From Bacilli bacterium (lineage in GTDB: Bacteria; Bacillota_I; Bacilli_A; RF39; UBA660), in the NCBI GenBank assembly GCA_017515795.1, contig JAFWEE010000010.1:8144-72143 (forward strand): a stretch of 64,000 nt of DNA, read 5' to 3'. How positions within the stretch are numbered: the stretch's first letter is position 1; each line of letters starts with the position of its first letter. The notes under the pieces are model-generated. The model did not search any database, was not told the origin of the DNA, and saw nothing but the letters and a program-made list of their open reading frames with translations. The translations under genes and the position numbers were made by a program. This document shows positions 36,916-45,586 of the stretch, in pieces.

Positions 36916-37620
36916 ATGAAAAAATTAGATCAAATAGTATTATTTATAGTATTTGCTTTATTAATAGGCATAATTGTATTGATGACATTAATGTTTGTAC
37001 AAAAAGGTAGAATTACTTTTGGAAGAATAGTAGTTAAAGAGAATGTTATAGAAGAAAAGAAAGTAATGAGTGAAAATATTGTTTTCTTAGGAGACTCTAT
37101 TACTGAAGGTTATGATTTAGATAAATACTTTGAAAAACATTATCATGTACAAAGTGGAATAAATGGTAATTATACTGAAGATGTATTAAATGATTTAGAA
37201 AAAAGAGTATATCAATATAATCCATCAAAGGTATTTATAATGCTAGGTATAAATAATTTTGTATGGGGAGATTCTTCTGCAGAAGATGTTGCAAATGATA
37301 TTAAAAAGATCTGTGAAAAAATAGAAGAAAGAAATCCATATACAGAGATTTATATAGAGTCTATATTCCCTTATTCTGCTAAATGGAAAGAAGAACATGA
37401 TCATGCTCATGATGCGGATTATGTAGTTAGTAGAATAAATGATACTAATAAGATATTAAAGAAATATGCTGTGGAAAAAGATTATAAGTATATAGATTTA
37501 TATTCACTTTTAGTAGATGAAGATGGTAAATACGATTTAAAATATACTGATGATGGTCTTCATCCAAATGAAGAAGGATATAAAGTAGTAACAGCAGAAT
37601 TATTAAAATATATGAAATAG
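36916..37620 (+). CDS. SGNH/GDSL hydrolase (esterase/acylhydrolase)
   Basis: IVFLGDSITEGY (block I) and DDGLHPN (block V). N-terminal TM helix. The ATG at 36916 follows AAGGTGG. Confidence 0.85.
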   Translation: MKKLDQIVLFIVFALLIGIIVLMTLMFVQKGRITFGRIVVKENVIEEKKVMSENIVFLGDSITEGYDLDKYFEKHYHVQSGINGNYTEDVLNDLEKRVYQYNPSKVFIMLGINNFVWGDSSAEDVANDIKKICEKIEERNPYTEIYIESIFPYSAKWKEEHDHAHDADYVVSRINDTNKILKKYAVEKDYKYIDLYSLLVDEDGKYDLKYTDDGLHPNEEGYKVVTAELLKYMK

Positions 37621-37643
37621 AGTTTTATTTAAACTCTTTTTTT
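37619..37643 (+). terminator. rho-independent terminator
   Basis: AGAGTTT-TATTT-AAACTCT followed by TTTTTT. Confidence 0.5.
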
Positions 37644-37684
37644 GTTATAATTAATTTGTTAGATAGAAAATATGGAGGTTTATT

Positions 37685-38173
37685 ATGCAAATATATGACT
37701 TTATTGGTATAAGTAAACAATCTATTATTGGTATTAAAAATCCAGGTTTAGTTATAGAAGGAATATGCCTTAAAAAGGATGCAACATTTATTGTAATGGC
37801 TGATGGAGATGAAATTCCATTTCTTTTATATGATACAGGCGAAGAAAATGGATTTGGTATATCAGCACCTTTAAGTACTGATATGAAATATATAAAAGCA
37901 TATGTAGTTGATGGAAATAGAAGACTATTAATTTTTTCAAGTAAAATGAGTGTATTTAATAGAATAGGCCTTAAAGTTGAAATTTTAGTAGGTAATATAT
38001 ATGTATTCTTTAAAGTATTCTTTCCAATTCTAGGTAGAGGTATATCTTATTTATGGAAAAAACATCATTTACTAGTTCCATTTAAACTATGGGGTAAATA
38101 CTTTAAAGAATTTAAAAATAAAGTAAAAGATAGTTATGAAGAAAACATTAAAGATGTTAATGTTTTAGACTAG
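37685..38173 (+). CDS. hypothetical protein (possibly a remnant or stand-alone N-terminal module of a larger transferase)
   Basis: 162-aa ORF with a GGAGG RBS. One hydrophobic segment (NIYVFFKVFFPILG). No family recognised with confidence. Confidence 0.5.
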   Translation: MQIYDFIGISKQSIIGIKNPGLVIEGICLKKDATFIVMADGDEIPFLLYDTGEENGFGISAPLSTDMKYIKAYVVDGNRRLLIFSSKMSVFNRIGLKVEILVGNIYVFFKVFFPILGRGISYLWKKHHLLVPFKLWGKYFKEFKNKVKDSYEENIKDVNVLD

Positions 38174-38194
38174 TGATATAATCAGGAGGGTAAA

Positions 38195-39316
38195 ATGAAA
38201 GAAAAAGATATCAGACAATCAAATTTTGAATTAATGAGAATTATTTCAATGGTATTTATTGCTTTATGGCATTTCTTTTTACATGGCAAAATATTTGATA
38301 GAACTACAGGCGTAGATCATTTTATAGTTGTTATTATAACTGCCTTAATAGCAGTACATGTAAATTCATTTGTATTATTATCAGGTTATTTTAACTATGA
38401 CAAGAGGTTTAAACTATCTAAAATAGTTAGACTAAGTAATACTTTATGGTTTTATAAATTTATCTGGATTTTAATAGCAATATTTGGCTTTTCAATGACT
38501 TTTTCAAAAGCATATTTATTAGAAAATTTATCATTTATACCTAGAATAGAAAATTGTTGGTTTATAGTTGTTTATATGGTTTTTTATCTATTTACACCTG
38601 TATTAAATATTGTTATAAAAAATATAGATAAATCAAAACACAAATCTATCATAGTAGCCATGCTGATTGTTACATTATTTTGTTATATAACTTTAGATAG
38701 ATTTATAAGTATAAATAGAGGTTATTCAGTTTTTTCATTTATTACTTTATATTTTATAGGTTCTTATTTACATAAGTATCCTATAGATAGAAAAAAGCAT
38801 TCTAAGAAAAAGATTATATTATTAGCTTTTCTTGTATATATTGTTTTTGTATTAATTAATGTAGGTATTCACTATTTAGGAATTAGTCATTTAAACTCAT
38901 CTCATGAGATTTTAAGAAATTATTCTTATTTAATGAAAATGGGTTTCTTTGAATACTTTAATCCATTTGTAATAATTTGTACTATTGCATACTTTATAAT
39001 CTTTAGTCAGTTAGAATTTAAGAGTAGAATTATAAACCTTTACGCTAAATATATTTTAGGTGTTTATCTAATGACAGATAATTTACTTGCTAGAGCAATA
39101 ATATATAAAAATATTGGTTTCAATCTAAAATCTTATACTCTTAAACATGTATTATTAGCATTCATAATATCTATTGGTATGGTATTAGTACTTCCTGTAA
39201 TAGAATTTATTAGATCTAAAGTATATAAATTCTTCTATAATAGAAAACTAGCTAAAAAGAATAGAGTATTTATTCAAAATTGTATTAATAAACTTGGATT
39301 AAGCGTTAAATGGTAA
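38195..39316 (+). CDS. acyltransferase family 3 membrane protein
   Basis: NFELMRIISMVFIALWHFF N-terminus and about 10 TM helices. RBS AGGAGGG. Confidence 0.8.
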   Translation: MKEKDIRQSNFELMRIISMVFIALWHFFLHGKIFDRTTGVDHFIVVIITALIAVHVNSFVLLSGYFNYDKRFKLSKIVRLSNTLWFYKFIWILIAIFGFSMTFSKAYLLENLSFIPRIENCWFIVVYMVFYLFTPVLNIVIKNIDKSKHKSIIVAMLIVTLFCYITLDRFISINRGYSVFSFITLYFIGSYLHKYPIDRKKHSKKKIILLAFLVYIVFVLINVGIHYLGISHLNSSHEILRNYSYLMKMGFFEYFNPFVIICTIAYFIIFSQLEFKSRIINLYAKYILGVYLMTDNLLARAIIYKNIGFNLKSYTLKHVLLAFIISIGMVLVLPVIEFIRSKVYKFFYNRKLAKKNRVFIQNCINKLGLSVKW

Positions 39317-39317
39317 T

Positions 39318-39360
39318 AAAAAAGAGTTATAATCTTATAAGATTTGTTAACTCTTTTTTT
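39318..39360. terminator. bidirectional terminator between convergent genes
   Basis: AAAAAAGAGTTA-(AATCTTATAAGATT core)-TAACTCTTTTTT, with A/T runs on both sides. Overlaps the 3' end of tmcAL. Confidence 0.55.
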
Positions 39361-40421
39361 ATTAATTCAGAATCATTAACTATCAATGAATATATTTTAG
39401 AAACATTATATTCATACTCTAAATCTTTATTAAATTTAGTATATATAGGTATTTTTATACTCTTTTTAATACTATTTAAATACTTTTGTCCATTATTATT
39501 AAATCCTAGTACTCTTATATATTTAATGTCTTTATCATTATCTTCTTTTTTAAATGATAAAAGTATAGATATAAACATTCTTTTTAATTTATTAACTGTA
39601 TATCTTTTAGTTTTAACTTTATCTATTAATTCTTCTAATGTATTACATTCTGTAATACACTTTTTTAATCTATTTTCTATACCTTCATCTACTAAGTTAT
39701 ATTTATATAATTCATTATCAGATATTATTTTATATTTTAATAAATTAAAATAATCTGGAGTATAGTAATCAACTATAGCATTTTTTGGAACATATTTCTT
39801 AATATCTATATTATTAATATTATTTCTAATAGCATTAGCACTTATAATATCACTATCTAAATTATTAGAATTATAATCATTAGTTCTTTTTATAGTTAAT
39901 GGTATCATTCTAGATTTAATATTATTGATTTCTTTTATATATGAAATACCAAGTATATCATTGGATTCTATATCTTCTATATTATATATTTTTAATGCTT
40001 TATGTAAGGCATTTTTATAACTAATACCATTATCCATTAATTTCTTAACTTCATTATTATATTTAGATTCTGATTGTATTTTACTAATATACTTTAATTT
40101 ATTTATATCATCAGATTCAGATCCAAATACTAAATAATCTACATCTAGATAATTAAGTATATCTACTGCTTTAGAAAAAGTATCAGCAGACTGAATAACA
40201 TATTTAGTAGGTATTTCTACTACTAAATCTATATTGTTTTCTAAAGCTATTCTAGTTTTATCCCATTTATTAATTATGGAAACATCTCCTCTTTGAGTAA
40301 AAGAAGGGGACATAGCTAAAATAATAATAGAATCCGGAAACATTTCTTTAATTTTATCTATATGATATTTATGTCCATTATGAAATGGATTATATTCACA
40401 TATTATTCCAACTTTAGTCAT
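39327..40421 (-). CDS. tmcAL: tRNA(Met) cytidine acetate ligase (YlbM/UPF0348 nucleotidyltransferase)
   Basis: MTKVGIICEYNPFHNGHKYHIDKIKE is the characteristic N-terminus. The ATG at 40421 follows GGAG, and the track start at 40451 is less likely. Confidence 0.85.
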   Translation of the reverse strand: MTKVGIICEYNPFHNGHKYHIDKIKEMFPDSIIILAMSPSFTQRGDVSIINKWDKTRIALENNIDLVVEIPTKYVIQSADTFSKAVDILNYLDVDYLVFGSESDDINKLKYISKIQSESKYNNEVKKLMDNGISYKNALHKALKIYNIEDIESNDILGISYIKEINNIKSRMIPLTIKRTNDYNSNNLDSDIISANAIRNNINNIDIKKYVPKNAIVDYYTPDYFNLLKYKIISDNELYKYNLVDEGIENRLKKCITECNTLEELIDKVKTKRYTVNKLKRMFISILLSFKKEDNDKDIKYIRVLGFNNNGQKYLNSIKKSIKIPIYTKFNKDLEYEYNVSKIYSLIVNDSELIKKELTNLIRL

Positions 40422-40559
40422 AGTATTTCTCCTTGATAAGTATTTTATCACATGTAAAGGTAAAATGTAAACACATGGGAAAATGTTCGTAAATATAGTG
40501 TAATCCTTTAATTATATTAATATAAATGGTATAATTTATAGTGGAAAAGAAGTGATAAA

Positions 40560-41588
40560 ATGCAAAGTATATATAATATGACTAAGAAGAAATTAGAAGA
40601 ATATTTTGAGTCTATTAATGATAAAAAATATAGGGCTACTCAAGTATATGAATGGCTTTATAGATCTAAGGTTAAGTCATTTGATGAAATGACTAATTTA
40701 AAAAAAGATTTAATAGAAAAACTAAAAGAAGATTATTTCTTTGATGATATTAAATTAGTTATTAAACAAGAAGATGAATTAACTAATAAATATTTATTTG
40801 AATTAAATGATAATCATAGAATAGAAGCAGTTTTAATGAAACATGATTATGGTAATAGTATTTGTATATCATCTCAAATTGGTTGTAATATGGGATGCGC
40901 ATTTTGTCAAAGTGGAAGACTTAAAAAAATTAGAGATTTAGCAGTATCTGAGATGCTACTTCAAGTTATTAAAGTAGAGGAAGATCTAGGAGAAAGAATT
41001 AGTCATGTTGTTATTATGGGTATTGGAGAACCATTTGATAACTATGATAATGTTATAGACTTTGTAAGAATAATTAATGATCCATATGCACTTGCAATTG
41101 GAGTTAGACATATAACAGTTTCAACTTGTGGAATAGTTCCTAAAATATATGCTTTAGCAGATGAAAATTTAGATATTAATCTTGCTATATCACTTCATGC
41201 TCCAAATAATGAACTAAGAAGTAAAATAATGAGAATTAATAATGCTTATCCATTAGAAGAAGTAATGAAGGCAGTAAAAGATTATATTTCTAAAACTAAT
41301 AGAAGAGTTACTTTTGAATATATTATGCTAAAAGGAGTTAATGATTCTATTAAATGTGCTTTAGAGCTTGTTAGTTTAGTAAAAGGATTAAATGCATATG
41401 TTAATTTAATACCATATAATGAAACAGAAAATATTGAATTTAAACGTTCAGATTATTCACAAATTAGTGCATTTTATGATATACTAAAGAAGAATAATGT
41501 AACATCAACAATAAGAAAAGAGTTTGGATCTAATGTATCTGCAGCATGTGGACAACTTAGAGCTGAAAATATAGAAGGAGAGATATAA
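40560..41588 (+). CDS. rlmN: 23S rRNA/tRNA (adenine-C2)-methyltransferase, radical SAM
   Basis: YRATQVYEWLY, the radical-SAM cluster CNMGCAFCQSG, GIGEP, and C-terminal SAACGQL. Confidence 0.93.
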   Translation: MQSIYNMTKKKLEEYFESINDKKYRATQVYEWLYRSKVKSFDEMTNLKKDLIEKLKEDYFFDDIKLVIKQEDELTNKYLFELNDNHRIEAVLMKHDYGNSICISSQIGCNMGCAFCQSGRLKKIRDLAVSEMLLQVIKVEEDLGERISHVVIMGIGEPFDNYDNVIDFVRIINDPYALAIGVRHITVSTCGIVPKIYALADENLDINLAISLHAPNNELRSKIMRINNAYPLEEVMKAVKDYISKTNRRVTFEYIMLKGVNDSIKCALELVSLVKGLNAYVNLIPYNETENIEFKRSDYSQISAFYDILKKNNVTSTIRKEFGSNVSAACGQLRAENIEGEI

Positions 41589-42329
41589 ATGGAAAGTTAT
41601 TTTTTAACTGATACAGGAAAAGTTAGAGAACATAATGAAGATAGTGTTACTATATTAAAAAATAAAAAAGAAGAATATTTACTTGCTGTTGCAGATGGCA
41701 TGGGTGGTCATAAAGCAGGAGAAATAGCCTCTTCAATGGCAATTAATCATTTAACAGAGAGTTTTAACAAATTAGATTCTATGGGTGATAAAAAAGAATG
41801 TGTAGAATGGATTAGAACTAATGTAAATGAAATTAATGAAGAAATATTTGAATATACTAAAAATCATCCTGAAAGTAAAGGAATGGGTTCTACTTTAGTT
41901 ATGGCTATTTATACTAAAGATTATTTATTATTTGCTAATATTGGAGATTCATCAGGATTTGTAATTAAGAAAGATGAACTATTTAAAATAACTAAAGATC
42001 ATACTTTAGTTAATATGCTTGTTAATAATGGTGAATTAACTGAAAGTCAAGCTGCTAATCATCCAAAGAAAAATATTCTTATGAGAGCACTTGGAGCAAA
42101 TAATCCAATAGAAGTAGATATATTCTCAGTAGAAGAAGAAGTATCTGGAATAGTACTTTCATCTGATGGACTAACTTCTATGCTTACAAAAGCTCAAATA
42201 GAAAGAGTTCTTGCAAATAAAGAACTTAGTCTATCTGAAAAAGTAATTAGATTAATAAGAAAGAGTAATATAAGAGGTGGGCTAGATAATATATCAGTCG
42301 CATGTTTAATGATGGGAAGTGATAAATAG
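41589..42329 (+). CDS. stp: PP2C-family Ser/Thr protein phosphatase
   Basis: TDTGKVREHNEDS, VADGMGGHKAGE and DNISVA motifs. Confidence 0.9.
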   Translation: MESYFLTDTGKVREHNEDSVTILKNKKEEYLLAVADGMGGHKAGEIASSMAINHLTESFNKLDSMGDKKECVEWIRTNVNEINEEIFEYTKNHPESKGMGSTLVMAIYTKDYLLFANIGDSSGFVIKKDELFKITKDHTLVNMLVNNGELTESQAANHPKKNILMRALGANNPIEVDIFSVEEEVSGIVLSSDGLTSMLTKAQIERVLANKELSLSEKVIRLIRKSNIRGGLDNISVACLMMGSDK

Positions 42330-44119
42330 TGATAGCAAAGGGTCAAAAGATTAATGATAGATATGAAGTTAAAGCTTTAATTGGTGAAGGTGGAATGGCC
42401 AATGTGTACCTTGGTTATGACACTATTTTAGGTAGAGATGTTGCGATTAAAGTTTTAAGAGGAGACCTAGCAGATGATGAAAAGTTTGTTAGAAGATTTA
42501 GAAGAGAAGCTCAAAGTGCATCTTTATTAAATCATCCAAATATAGTTCAAATATATGATGTAGGAGAAGACGATGGAAACTTCTATATAGTAATGGAATA
42601 TATTAATGGACAAACTTTAAAACAAATAATTAAAAAAAGAAAAAGATTATCTATTTCTGAGACAATTGATATTATGTGTCAATTAACTGATGGACTTTCA
42701 TCAGCACATGATTCATATATTATTCATAGAGATATTAAACCACAAAATATAATGATACTTGATGATGGTATGGTTAAAATAACAGACTTTGGTATAGCAA
42801 TGGCTGTTAATGCATCTGATTTAACACAAACTAATTCAGTTATGGGATCAGTTCATTATTTACCTCCAGAACAAGCATCAGGTAGAGGTAGTACTATTAA
42901 AAGTGATATTTATTCACTTGGTATTATGCTTTATGAAATGCTTGCAGGTACTATGCCATTTAGAGGAGAAACAGCTGTAGAAATAGCTATGAAACATCTT
43001 AAATCTCCAATGCCTAGTATTAGAAAACTTAGAGATGATGTTCCACAAAGTTTAGAAAATATAATTCTTAAAGCTGCTGCTAAGAATCCAAAGAATAGAT
43101 ATAATAATGTAAGAGAATTATATGATGATTTAAAAACATGTCTTGATGAACAAAGAAAAGATGAAAAAAGAATTGTATTTAAATATCCAGAAAATGAATA
43201 TGATGATGAAAAAACAGTTATTACAAATAACCTAAAAGAAGAAATAAAGAAAAAAGAAGAAGAAAAGGAAGAAAGGAAAAAGATTGAAGTTAAAGAAATA
43301 GAAGAATCAATCGAGGATAAAAGAATGAGTAAATTTACTAAACTTTTAATAATTTTAGTTTCTGTATTAGTATTTGCATTACTTGCAGTATTTATAATAT
43401 TCCCAGCAGTATTTAAAAATCCATCTATTGAGGTTCCAGATGTATCTGGATTATCAGTTAAAGAAGCAAGAACACTTCTTAAGAATGAAGGATTAAAAAT
43501 ATCAGGTACTATTAAAGAGGATTATACAGATGATGTAGAAGCAGGAAAAGTTACTAAAACAAATCCTAAAGCTGGATCTGTTGTTAAAAAGGGTGCAGTT
43601 ATTACACTTTATAAGTCTCTTGGAAGTAATAGAATTGAATTAAAAGACTATACTGGTGAGGAAGCTGAAAAGATTAAATGGGATCTAGATAAAGAAGGTA
43701 TAAATGTAATTATAGAGAAGAAAGATGTTGATAACAAATCAGATTATTTAGATAAAGCAGATATTATAATTGCACAAGAACCTGCAGCAGGAGAAAAAAT
43801 AATATCAGGAGACATTTTAAAATTATATATTCCTAATATTATTACAGCATATCCAAACTTTGTTGAGGATAGTAAATATAAATCAAGTATAGATAAAATA
43901 CAAGCATTCTGTGATGAATATGATATTAATTTAACTGTTAAAGAAGTAGAAACTGAAGAAAAAGCTGCTGGTACTATTCTTTCACAAAGTATATCAGAAG
44001 GTTCTAAGATTAATAAAGGTGATAAAATTACAGTTGAATTAGCTAAAAAACCAGTTGAATTAGTTCCAATTGAAGGAGAAAGTGAAAACTCAAATGAACA
44101 GAATAATCAAGATAATTAG
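42329..44119 (+). CDS. prkC: Ser/Thr protein kinase with PASTA repeats
   Basis: GEGGMANVY glycine loop, VAIKVL, HRDIKPQN, DFG and SVHYLPPE. A TM helix is followed by three PASTA-like repeats. The GTG start overlaps the stp stop. Confidence 0.92.
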   Translation: MIAKGQKINDRYEVKALIGEGGMANVYLGYDTILGRDVAIKVLRGDLADDEKFVRRFRREAQSASLLNHPNIVQIYDVGEDDGNFYIVMEYINGQTLKQIIKKRKRLSISETIDIMCQLTDGLSSAHDSYIIHRDIKPQNIMILDDGMVKITDFGIAMAVNASDLTQTNSVMGSVHYLPPEQASGRGSTIKSDIYSLGIMLYEMLAGTMPFRGETAVEIAMKHLKSPMPSIRKLRDDVPQSLENIILKAAAKNPKNRYNNVRELYDDLKTCLDEQRKDEKRIVFKYPENEYDDEKTVITNNLKEEIKKKEEEKEERKKIEVKEIEESIEDKRMSKFTKLLIILVSVLVFALLAVFIIFPAVFKNPSIEVPDVSGLSVKEARTLLKNEGLKISGTIKEDYTDDVEAGKVTKTNPKAGSVVKKGAVITLYKSLGSNRIELKDYTGEEAEKIKWDLDKEGINVIIEKKDVDNKSDYLDKADIIIAQEPAAGEKIISGDILKLYIPNIITAYPNFVEDSKYKSSIDKIQAFCDEYDINLTVKEVETEEKAAGTILSQSISEGSKINKGDKITVELAKKPVELVPIEGESENSNEQNNQDN

Positions 44120-44918
44120 TAATGATTATACAGTTGAATTTGATAATAAAGAAAAAAGAGTCTGTAAAGCTAGAGGAGTATTCCGTAATAAGAATATAAC
44201 TCCTTTAGCAGGAGACTTTTGTTTAGTTAATAGTGACAATATAATAGAAGAAATTTTAGATAGAAAAAACAGTTTAAATAGACCTCCTGTAGCAAATATA
44301 GATATTGCTATGGTAGTTACATCTATTGTTAATCCAGATTTTTCATCTAAGTTATTAGATAAATTACTAACAGTAATTGAATATAATAATATAGAACCTG
44401 TTATATGTTTTACTAAATTAGATTTATCTGATTTAGATATTACCTCTCTTAGAGAGTACTATGAATCAATAGGATATAAAGTAGTTACTAATGAAGAATT
44501 AGATAAAATAAAAGAGATAATAAAAGGTAAAACTGTTATATTAACTGGTCAATCAGGAGCAGGTAAATCCTCTTTATTAAATAGATTAGATAGTTCTTTA
44601 GATTTAAAAACAGATGAAATATCTAAAGCATTAAATAGAGGAAAACATACTACTAGAAATATAGAATTCTACGAATTATGTGATTCTTATGTAGCAGATA
44701 CTCCAGGGTTTTCAAAATTAGATTTTGCTGATATGACTAAAGAAAACATAAGAGATAGTTTTGTAGAGTTCAATAATTATGAATGTAAGTATTCTGATTG
44801 TATGCATATAAAAGAAGAGGGTTGCAAAGTTAAAGAAGCAGTAGATAATAAAGAAATAATTATATCAAGATATGAGAACTATATTAGTTTTATAAATGAA
44901 AAGGAAAATGAAAGATGA
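44094..44918 (+). CDS. rsgA: ribosome small-subunit-dependent GTPase A
   Basis: Circularly permuted GTPase: TKLDL (G4) precedes GQSGAGKSSLLN (G1), and DTPGF follows. C-terminal Cys/His zinc motif (CKYSDCMHIKEEGC). The start is chosen at the ATG (MNRII) and remains uncertain. Confidence 0.88.
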   Translation: MNRIIKIISNDYTVEFDNKEKRVCKARGVFRNKNITPLAGDFCLVNSDNIIEEILDRKNSLNRPPVANIDIAMVVTSIVNPDFSSKLLDKLLTVIEYNNIEPVICFTKLDLSDLDITSLREYYESIGYKVVTNEELDKIKEIIKGKTVILTGQSGAGKSSLLNRLDSSLDLKTDEISKALNRGKHTTRNIEFYELCDSYVADTPGFSKLDFADMTKENIRDSFVEFNNYECKYSDCMHIKEEGCKVKEAVDNKEIIISRYENYISFINEKENER

Positions 44919-45541
44919 AAGTATCAGTATCAATATTAAAAGAAAAAGATAATATAGAAAATGTTATTAAAAAGATAAATCTAACAGATGCAGATTATAT
45001 TCATATTGATGTACAGAATAATACTTATACAGAAAATTATAGTTTCCCTGTAGAAGACTTTAAAAATATTAATGATTATAATACTAAAAAGTTAGATATT
45101 CATTTAATGTGCACTGAACCATTAGATTTAATAGAAGACTATTCTAAATTAAATCCAGAATATATTACTTTTCATATAGAAGCAGTAAATGATCCATATA
45201 AGTATATAAAACTAATAAAATCATATGGTATAAAAGTAGGTATAGCATTAAATCCAGAAACAGATGTTAATAAAATAACTGAATATTTACCATATATAGA
45301 TATGGTATTAGTTATGAGTGTTACTCCTGGAAAAGGAGGTCAATCATTTTTAGATAATACATCATATAAAATGGAAGAATTATATAATTTAAAAGATAGA
45401 TATAATTATATTATATCTGCTGATGGTGGTATAAATGATAAAACTATTAATATTGTTAATAAGTATTTAGATATGGTTGTTTCTGGAAGTTTTATTACTA
45501 ATAATGAAGATTTTCAAAAACAAATTAATTTATTGAAATAG
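44915..45541 (+). CDS. rpe: ribulose-phosphate 3-epimerase (divergent)
   Basis: HIDV, DIHLM, VMSVTPGKGGQSF and SADGGIN motifs. In the conserved position after rsgA. Confidence 0.75.
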   Translation: MKVSVSILKEKDNIENVIKKINLTDADYIHIDVQNNTYTENYSFPVEDFKNINDYNTKKLDIHLMCTEPLDLIEDYSKLNPEYITFHIEAVNDPYKYIKLIKSYGIKVGIALNPETDVNKITEYLPYIDMVLVMSVTPGKGGQSFLDNTSYKMEELYNLKDRYNYIISADGGINDKTINIVNKYLDMVVSGSFITNNEDFQKQINLLK

Positions 45542-45586
45542 TAAATAAATAATGCTATAATGATAAATGAGAATAGGAGATAGGGT

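Noticed and set aside
39310-39753. 147-aa plus-strand ORF overlapping tmcAL
   Set aside because: It is antisense to the well-supported YlbM/TmcAL gene and begins inside the terminator of the acyltransferase gene.
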